DNA from: Bigelowiella natans CCMP2755 | Taxonomy: Eukaryota; Protista; Cercozoa | DNA length: 32,176 nucleotides | Direction of reading: 5' to 3' | Assembly: GCA_000320545.1 (NCBI GenBank) | Contig: ADNK01001750.1 | Coordinates: 1-32,176, forward strand | Part shown: positions 24,364 through 32,176 of the stretch, piece after piece | How positions within the stretch are numbered: position 1 is the stretch's first letter | Layout of the letters: the number at the start of each line of letters is the position of its first letter | Translations under genes and position numbers: made by a program | Notes under the pieces: model-generated | The model's input: only the letters and a program-made list of their open reading frames with translations | Databases searched by the model: none | Told to the model about the DNA's origin: nothing

Positions 24364-24756
24364 TTTATGCACACACACCAACTTCATTTTATCTACATGA
24401 AATTGGAAAACCATTCCTAACACACGCATTATGCGCCACCTGCGTATGTACGCTGAACAGTGACAAAATCCCAGGAGAAGAATCTCTAGAGCTCGTTGAA
24501 GAACCACCAGAAGTCGTTGAGAGGCCGCCAGAGAAGCCGCCAGAGAAGCCGCCTGAGGAGCCTCCAGTAGTCGTGAGGCCTCCAGTAGTTGAGAGGCCTC
24601 CAGTAGTCGAGAGGCCTCCAGTAGTCGTGAGACCTCCAGTAGTCGTGAGACCTCCAGTAGTCGTAAGGCCGCCAGTAGTCGAACCAGTCGAACCAGATGT
24701 AGTAATTGAAATCGCCGTTATTGTCCGCGTCTTCAGCTAATCAATGCCACAGGGAA

Positions 24757-24818
<62 letters not shown>

Positions 24819-25254
24819 TTATTCCTTTGCGTTTGAGTGCGGGCATGTTGGTGGTGCGCAAAGGCCTTGGTGGCTATGGAAGGCAGGAACTGTTGTATAT
24901 GGATGCAGCGTGTTTTACAACTTCGGAATTTTTCCTCCCTCACCCCCCTCCCCCTCCCACCACCGGTCCGATCTCCAATTTCCGGTCGCCGCACACATAC
25001 ACACTAGCGTTGGAATTCGCCTGGAAGCGGGTACTACCAGGATTGAGTCGCGAAAACCGGACACGCGATAAAGCGTAACGTTCTCAAAAGACACTCGGTT
25101 TCTCTCCGCCCCAGTCAGCTCAACAAAGCTGTGTGCGTAAAACTGGAAGCCATAGGCTGGATCGGGGAAAGTAGTGGTGGACAGTCCTAAATTTTATTGA
25201 AGATTCGATGTTCAAATTAAAATGTTAAAATCACATATCAAGGTTTACATTCGA

Positions 25255-25296
<42 letters not shown>

Positions 25297-26645
25297 ATAT
25301 ACATATATAAGAGGGGGAAAACAAGGGCGTTTCACTATGGTTTACTGGGGTAGGGATGGGATAATATGCTTTGTTTCTGACCGAGAGATTGAGCTTTCTG
25401 GATAACGTTAAAGCAATAGTAGCTATCTTCCGCCCACACACACGCATCGTTGCACATGCACGACCTACCATCAAAGTATCATCAAATATTCCACATTGAC
25501 AATCAGGCGTTATGCGTAGCATCGATTTGAGGGGAGGTGTGAAAAATACGGGAGAAATAACCAAAACACTCCCGGACAACAACGCGCTAATTTCGCAGGG
25601 AAAAGCAGATTCTACTGAGCATCTATGTGTGATGGATTTGCCAGGTTCAACAATTACTTTCCAATCGTCTCGTTTGCGACGTGTCGGACGCGCTGTGCGG
25701 AGCCGGTGACGTTGCGAATCACGGTATCCACCATGCGAAACTGACAACGGGGCACCGTAAGAGAAACAATGAGCAAAGTGGCATGAATCATCACCAGTGC
25801 GCGAAGAATGATGGATGCAAAATGCCAGTTTGTGCCGCGAATTTAATTTGCAGGTTGACGATTCGAAATCCGTCCCAGAGTGCTTGTCCCCAAACATTTT
25901 GGTCGGTGTAAAACTCATAAAAACCCTTCGGAATGCTGCACGCCAGCATCCTCATACGTTCACGTATACACGCATGTCCACACATATGTAACTATCACGT
26001 ATTTATGTGTGCGATGGCGTCCAGCAAAGTTGAAATCACGTAGTACCGTTGACTGGGCGCCGGAGAGTTGAAAGCCAACTTCCGAAATTATCTACAAAAG
26101 CATCATCATTGTCATCAAAATATCGCAACCATTTCCTCGTTGCAACGGATGAGGGGGAGGAAATATGAAACATTTTCTTCTAGTCCTAGTACACTCAAAA
26201 CCATGCGGGCACACACCAACACGCACACACACACACACACACACCCCAAACACACATCCCCCAAACACACCAAATGCACACGCGCGCGTCCTTAAATTAA
26301 ACATTCTCATAGTTACCAAATTCTCAAACACGCAGCCTGCAACGGTGATATTGCATGTGCCTAATATTCCGAAATTGATGAAGAAGAATAATAAATCATT
26401 GCTCGGCGTGATGGACAATCACAGATCGGATGAGCGGTGCGGATATTGCTGTGTTTACCCCCCGCTCTCAAAAGAGAAGGTGTGTAGAAGTTCACAGTTT
26501 GGTTATCCGCCGGAAAGTGGGGATCCGAGCTATTTTGAACCTAGTTTGCAACGCATTGCCACGGCCAGCAGCGAAACAGCATTCGTTACCGGTGTATATA
26601 TGCATATGGGTATATATGTACATTACAGCGGCGTGGGTATGCACT

Positions 26646-26710
<65 letters not shown>

Positions 26711-26849
26711 GTATATACTTTCATGTATATATATACACATATTGCCGTGATTCGTTACCGCATCGTGAAGATGATCATAACCCGTAGAGAAAGTCACAGC
26801 ATTGAGGAACAGCCTTATACCCACTCCATAGAATGCTAGGAAACGATGT

Positions 26850-26910
<61 letters not shown>

Positions 26911-27168
26911 ATGTGTGTGTGCCAAAGCGCGAGGTTTGTGTGTTTGTGTGTGTGGGTGGTGTGAGTTTGCGTTTGTGTGTACTATTTATTATGAATTACC
27001 CTGAACGTTAAGATTCGTAACGATACTGTTGTGGAGCTCAAATACGTCAGGGAGAATGAACGTGCCACACCTTGCAGACGATAACAGCAGCGAGATGGTA
27101 AAGAACAAGACAGACGAGCAACCACACACACACGCATACACACGCGCGCACGCGCGCGGCGTAAGGGG

Positions 27169-27199
<31 letters not shown>

Positions 27200-27905
27200 T
27201 CTTACGCAGATACAACATTTTGTCCAGCATATCTACACGTATAATTTTATACAAACAAATATCTATGTACATATTTATGTAGACGGGGCGGCACAGCACA
27301 TGCTGTGCATTCTAATCGCATGTGTAGGAAGACGTGAAACGACGCGTTCTACCCCGTAAAGTCCAACGTCACTCGCGAAATGTTGAGAGTGTATGTGGTG
27401 GTGGCAAGAAGGCTGTCGTTTCGGCCTTCCTTCAGCTGAAGCAGGGGGGGGGGGGGACAACAGCTCGCTCAGATGCAATGTTCTGGGGAAGGACTTTCTA
27501 ATACGGTAATGGCTGCTGGTACATCATAAATATGTCGCAGCGCACCAGAGCTATTGGATGTGTGACCGTGTCTGTAAGTGCGTGTGTGTGTGACGTGAGA
27601 GGTTGCTACCCAAGGCCTTACTTGGCTCTGAACTACCCCGTCGTGGCAAGTAATCTGATTAATTATTCATGTAGCGATATTCGGACGTAAGCTCGCGAGG
27701 AAACGTGAAGACGAATCGATCTTACTGTTGAGTTCTCTGCGCCGACGACATTGTTAACGTCGTAAACAGAGATCGCTATCTCCCGGGGATCGGTGCCTGC
27801 CATCGTTGGAGAACCGAATTATTTCGAATTGAATTCGATCTGCCTTTGCGTGCGTGTGGGTTTCTTCGCTCCCTTGTGTTTTCTCGGCATTCATTCATCC
27901 TCTCC

Positions 27906-27951
<46 letters not shown>

Positions 27952-28326
27952 GGCTCTCTCTTCCCCCCTTCTGCCCTACTCGCTTGTCCCTGTCTTCTTT
28001 TCCTCTCACATATACACCCGCACACAAATGGCAGGCAGTTCATCCAAAATAGCTCGTAGAGATATGTACCGTCGCCCCCGAATCTATAGACGCTATGAGA
28101 ATCGAGTAAAATGGTAAACTGTGTGTAAGATTATAATTAGTTCCCGCAGCTCATTGAAGAAATCTAACGCGCGAAGGCAGCCGCCAAAACAAGTATATCC
28201 ACTTGTAAGCTTCATTTTGGCTTCGGGAAACGGGTAAAACTTCCGAAGAATTTAGGTTATAGGAATATGTTTTGGAGTAACGATGTCGTCGGTGCATCGA
28301 ACACGAGTGAGGAATAAATATATTCA

Positions 28327-28421
<95 letters not shown>

Positions 28422-29541
28422 TACACACACACACAACACTCTAAAATAATCTTTCTTTGTAGAGAACGTGACAAATGTTATGACAGTTAGGTATTACAAC
28501 TCTCCCGCCAGGTGCAAATCCTGGTGGGAACCCTGGTGTACGAGTAGATAAAGTCAGCCTCTAACAACTTCGTCTTTCTCTCAACATCACTCGACTCCCG
28601 TAATATATTTTCTGTAAAGAGTCTCTATTAAAACTATCTTCTCCAAGACCATTACTACCTGGAAATGATGCGGGGCTCGACCCAGGAATCGAAGCTGGAA
28701 AACTTACTGGACTCGAGGCGGGACTCGAAACAGGAAACTTTGCCGGACTTGAACCCGGACTCGATACCGGGCTTGAGGCAGGACTTGAAACAGGAAACTT
28801 TGCCGGGCTTGAACCAGGACTCGAAACCGGGCTAGAGGCAGGACTCGAAGCTGGAGATGATATTGGGCTTGAACCAGGACTCGAGACTGGGCTAGAGGCA
28901 GGACTCGAGGCGGGACTCGAAGCTGGAAATTTTGCCGGACTCGAACCAGGACTCGAAACCGGGCTAGAGGCAGGACTCGAAGCTGGAGATGATATTGGGC
29001 TTGAACCAGGACTCGAGACCGGGCTAGAGGCAGGACTCGAAGCTGGAAATTTTGCCGGGCTTGAACCAGGACTCGAAACCGGGCTAGAGGCAGGACTCGA
29101 AGCTGGAGATGACACTGGACTTGAACCAGGACTCGAAGCTGGAGATGTTACCGGACTCGAACCAGGACTCGAAATCGGGCTTGGGGCAGGAGGTGGTCCC
29201 CCGCTCCCAAACGTGGATGAGCCTCCTGGGGATAATCGAGAGGTTGATCCTGGTGTCGTACCTCCGCTGCCGCTTGAACTACCTGCAGCTGTGGTTGCCC
29301 CACCTGACGTTGATCCAAATGTCGCAGCAGAGCTAGAAGCTTGCGTGTTCACTGAATGAAGAGGTGGGACTGCCGATGATATCTCTATTAAAGTTCTTCC
29401 GGAAGCTGCAGCTGCAGCTTTCATTCTTATAGAAACTTCATCGATGGGCACAGTTCTATCTACTGCCCTGCTCAGCAGCAGCGGCAGAAGTAGCAGCAGC
29501 AGGGGGGTGGACAAGAATAGCACTAGAGGTTTCCATGCCAT
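15495..29541 (-). CDS. Giant secreted/surface receptor-like protein: signal peptide, mucin-like repeats, pectin-lyase-like beta-helix with Pmp-like repeats, Cys-rich (GCC2/GCC3, ephrin-receptor-like) repeats, multi-pass TM region, cytoplasmic tail
   Basis: Phase-checked chain: 25186-25005, 24736-~24445, 24151-24018, 23822-23687, 23338-23251, 23058-22238, 22031-16653, 16437-15795, 15658-15495 (stop TAG). Additional beta-helix-like small exons between 25330 and 28560 (e.g. FRMVDTVIRNVTG, NITVAGCVFENL, EIAISVYDVNNVVG). First exon from ATG 29541 (MAWKPLVLFLSTPLLLLLLPLLLSRA signal peptide). Linking the 29541 exon to the rest is inference. Confidence 0.7.
16653..22031 (-). CDS. 5.4-kb internal exon of the giant gene (Pmp-like repeats, Cys-rich repeats, TM helices)
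   Basis: Open frame from ttctag|GAG at 22031 to GAG|gtgtgt at 16653. Repeated FxxN...GGA[ILV] motifs (FRNNSAKRGNGGAIF, FSSNRASGGGAIA, FSHNLAGERGGALA); CxxCxxGxY repeats (CQDCGPGYYS, CFPCPAGS); CKEGYEGVLCTECQEGF; then many hydrophobic helices with KIFFNSLQ, LFSGYKKDFYCWE, LPF...N. Confidence 0.93.
23775..23821 (-). repeat. (GGT)n coding repeat, poly-Gly linker
   Basis: (CCA)n on + strand inside exon 23822-23687. Confidence 0.85.
24018..24151 (-). repeat. Exon built from 15-bp tandem repeats encoding (GGTVS)3(GGSLS)4
   Basis: gcgagcctccactca and cccacttactgttcc units; flanked by cag| acceptor and |gtaact donor on the minus strand. Confidence 0.85.
24520..24700 (-). repeat. 18-bp tandem repeats encoding (GGL[TS]TT)n
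   Basis: cctccagtagtcgtgaga-type units repeated about six times, in frame in the exon starting at 24736. Confidence 0.85.
28660..29180 (-). repeat. Mucin-like 12-bp repeat array (SSPA/SSPV/SSPG/KFPA) with higher-order structure
   Basis: ggactcgaagct/ggactcgaaacc/gggcttgaacca units; peptide block SSPASSPVSSPGSSPAKFP recurs. Confidence 0.9.
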
Positions 29542-31201
29542 GCTTCCCGATGAGAGTGAGCTAATTATCAAGTGCTCTTCCAATTTGTCGTATTTTTATC
29601 TCGCCTCGGGTGTCTATGTACGATATAGAAAGGATTTATTTTGTTAAGTTTCTTCAAACAGCAACAGAATGTCTGGATTGATTCGATTTTTTTGCAACGA
29701 GAAGAAATGATATGATCTAACCCTTGCAATGAATAAAGTGCAACCACGCACACGTTCACTTCCATCGCATGTTTGCGAATTGTTATAATATGTGCGCATA
29801 CAAGTGTTTTTTGCGTGCAAATGCTCATGAGAATCCCCCTACATCGCTCTCCATTCGTCGCAGGCCCAAAGTGTATTCATGAAGTCGGGGGCTCCATTCT
29901 ATCAGTTCTCGCGCTGCTCCGTTTCAGTTTCGGTTTCGATTTTCTCAATATGTTTTGCAATGCATTTTCATTGAATTTGTGGATAAATTCCTTGTCGCAG
30001 AATATGATATTGACTGTCGATGTCCCCCAAAAGGCCAAAACTAAAAAAACATTCTATAGATCTAGATCTATTTTATAGATCGTCGTAGTCCGGGTTACGA
30101 TTTTAGAAAGAATAGTTTTGAAAAAGAATCTGAAATGTCTTGAAATTTACAACATGGCAATCAATAGATGTTCCTTCAATGTAAATTGGTCTAGATCGAC
30201 GATATCGTATTCGTAGACAGCGGCAGCAATTACAACGAATGATGTATTTTGGCAAAGATGTTAGATATTTTACGCAAATAATTGTGCCCAACGACCCTTT
30301 TCTTTTTGATTGTTATTTTTCCACTTCAGAGCCGGTATCCGAGCATTTTTCTGCTGAAACCAACATATTTTGCCTCGACGACAGCGAGTCGCCCCACACA
30401 CTGCTAACAGCGATTGGGAAAAAAAGAGCAGATATAAGCGGGAGCAAAGCCTTCTATTTCACTTGGGAAAACTTGCGCAAATTAGTCACATAATCCTGTA
30501 TTGAATCTGTGCGAAAATAATCGTAATTTACGATGTTTATTGGATAAATATTTTCCTATAATATTTCCCTAGTTTATTTGGTGGGAACGGTTTAAAGGAG
30601 CCTAGGACTACGTGGTACAACCCCACCCGACCGCTACGAGAGAGGTGACGCGCGTACGCCCTTGATGCAGGGTTTTTTCTCATCGAACTGTGCACTGACG
30701 AAACATCCGCTCGCCCCTTGCCAATTCGGCATGCTGCTGGCAGAGCGTATGTTTTGCAAGAGAAGTAATCGGACGCCCACTCGCTTCTATCTGAAACATG
30801 TCATGATCCATTCAGATACTCCCCGTTCAAATTAACAGCGGGCTTGCAGTAAGCACGCGTTGGCTTGTACGAGCTTCGCCTCTTTCGACGCCATTGTTCT
30901 GCTCACCGTGGTGACCGATCAACATGGTGGATACGTCGCTAAACGGCACCAGCGGCGGCACCAATGGCCATGCCGATTCGAGCAAAACGACGAAGGATGG
31001 CGAAGGCAGCGAGACGATGCAGGAAGGCTCAGGCGGAGTTCCTCTTGAAGTAGGCAACAGAAGCTTCAAAAGGCCAAAGACTGGGGGAATCGGTCGACAA
31101 GCCTATTGCAAATAAAATATGTGCTGTTCCCTACGGTGTTTAAAACACCAAAGTACAAGTATAGTACACGCGCGCGTGCACGAACACGCTTGCAGGCCAG
31201 C

Positions 31202-31242
<41 letters not shown>

Positions 31243-31251
31243 CAGTAGTAG
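31202..31251. repeat. (AGT)n microsatellite with one AGC interruption
   Basis: agtagtagt... run. Confidence 0.9.
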
Positions 31252-31363
31252 TTGTAACAGCAGTAGTACCTTTGTGATTTTTATGGAACTCATCGGCACT
31301 TGTCCTTACGTGATATCCGCAGGGTTCGAAGGGGATTTCTGTTTCGCGATCTGCTGCGCGATT

Positions 31364-31971
31364 ATGGCGCATGTAACTCTTAACTTTGACCTCGAGGAAA
31401 GGTTGCAGCTACATACACAGAGAGAGGGTAGCAGAAAAGAGAGGTGGGTGGGCGAGCTTAGAGGAGTATTAAACGACTCACGCTCGCACATCTTCGGCCG
31501 CAAATGTCATTTTTTCCCAAATGGCGTTTGCGCTGCATTTCGTCTTGGGCATTCCTTGCACCTAAATTCTGCGCGTTTGGATGATCAGTCTGCCCGCTCT
31601 GGGTCGCATAGAGAGCGCCTACCTCCTTGTCCGCGGGGAAAGCGATCAGGTATGCGAGTTAGAAAGGCTTAGCAGCGCGCGATGAGGCGTCAGCGTCGGT
31701 TCATGGGTTTTCAAAGGAGGCCCTTTTTCCATGTTCCTTTCAAATCTTCAGGCGATGCGAGACAAATGGCCGTTGTTTGCTGCAGCCTCCGTCGCCTATA
31801 TTGCCTTGATAACAAAGGTGGTTCTTCGTGTCTCTCCGCCCTCTTATTAAGAACTTATGTGATGAGCCTTTAAATGCGCAGGGTGTGACCTCGATGCGTA
31901 AGAAAGGCCCTTCGGCCGCAGCAGGGCGGTTATTGCCGTTGTGGTCTCTCGTTGCATGGGTGTTCAGCTTC
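31364..31971 (+). CDS. GNS1/SUR4 (ELO/ELOVL6-like) fatty-acid elongase, 3'-partial (continues beyond window)
   Basis: Phase-consistent GT-AG exons 31364-31401, 31589-31649, 31752-31817, 31882-31971: MAHVTLNFDLEESLPALGRIESAYLLVRGESDQAMRDKWPLFAAASVAYIALITKGVTSMRKKGPSAAAGRLLPLWSLVAWVFSF. Matches the elongase N-terminal pattern M...W......S..Y...I..G...M....P......L..W.L....FS. The HxxHH box would lie outside the window. An upstream exon (e.g. 30924-31049) is possible. Confidence 0.72.
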
Positions 31972-32032
31972 GTAAGCTTCGTTCGATTGGGTGGTTTGAA
32001 ACAAACGCACGAGTGAGCATTTATGTGTGCGG

Positions 32033-32130
<98 letters not shown>

Positions 32131-32176
32131 CGTGTCTTCGAGCATTTGCCGTATCGATGTTTCCCCTGCAAAAGCG

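Noticed and set aside
24018-24700. Short regularly spaced repeats as a CRISPR-like array
   Set aside because: No unique spacers; unit lengths are multiples of three and encode Gly/Ser/Thr linkers in a eukaryotic gene.
25295-25985. 207-aa His/Cys-rich ORF as a third hypermutated tract or separate gene
   Set aside because: TAY sites are present, and the region resolves into small phase-compatible exons of the giant gene, partly in other frames (IPKGFYEFYTDQNVWG, FRMVDTVIRNVTG, NALLSGSVLVISP).
1203-26920. Similar lengths (~32-50 bp) of many microsatellite runs as a biological constraint
   Set aside because: Could equally be collapse of repeats at assembly k-mer/read scale; cannot be separated without reads.
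30056-30071. Perfect 16-bp palindrome atagatctagatctat
   Set aside because: Short tandem of the self-complementary AGATCT unit; no supporting context.

Overview
Intron-rich eukaryotic (protist-like; style resembles chlorarachniophytes, which is inference only) genomic DNA whose introns are packed with (TA)n/(CT)n/(GT)n microsatellites; most short ORFs in the track are artefacts of these. Hand splicing gives: a 5'-partial uridine/nucleoside phosphorylase-family gene (+, 155-2754), syntaxin-18/Ufe1 (-, 5241 to ~8480), a predicted myristoylated PLC-type PH-domain protein (+, 9468-11364), a hypothetical gene (-, 12357 to ~13970), an ankyrin pseudogene fragment (+, 14422-14635), a ~14 kb giant secreted beta-helix/Pmp-like + Cys-rich + multi-TM receptor-like gene (-, 15495-29541) whose last exon is exactly duplicated in tandem, and the 5' part of a GNS1/SUR4 fatty-acid elongase (+, from 31364). 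The most unusual signal is not a gene. Intergenic tracts (3001-5090, 14576-15263, partly 11820-12300) have lost TpA in a context-specific way: TAY/RTA are nearly gone, CTAG/TTAG/CTAA/TTAA survive in tract 1, TG/CA are enriched and CpG is retained. This is the footprint expected from a targeted A-to-G (T-to-C) hypermutation process running opposite to fungal RIP, possibly a repeat/pseudogene-directed genome defence. All counts are by hand.
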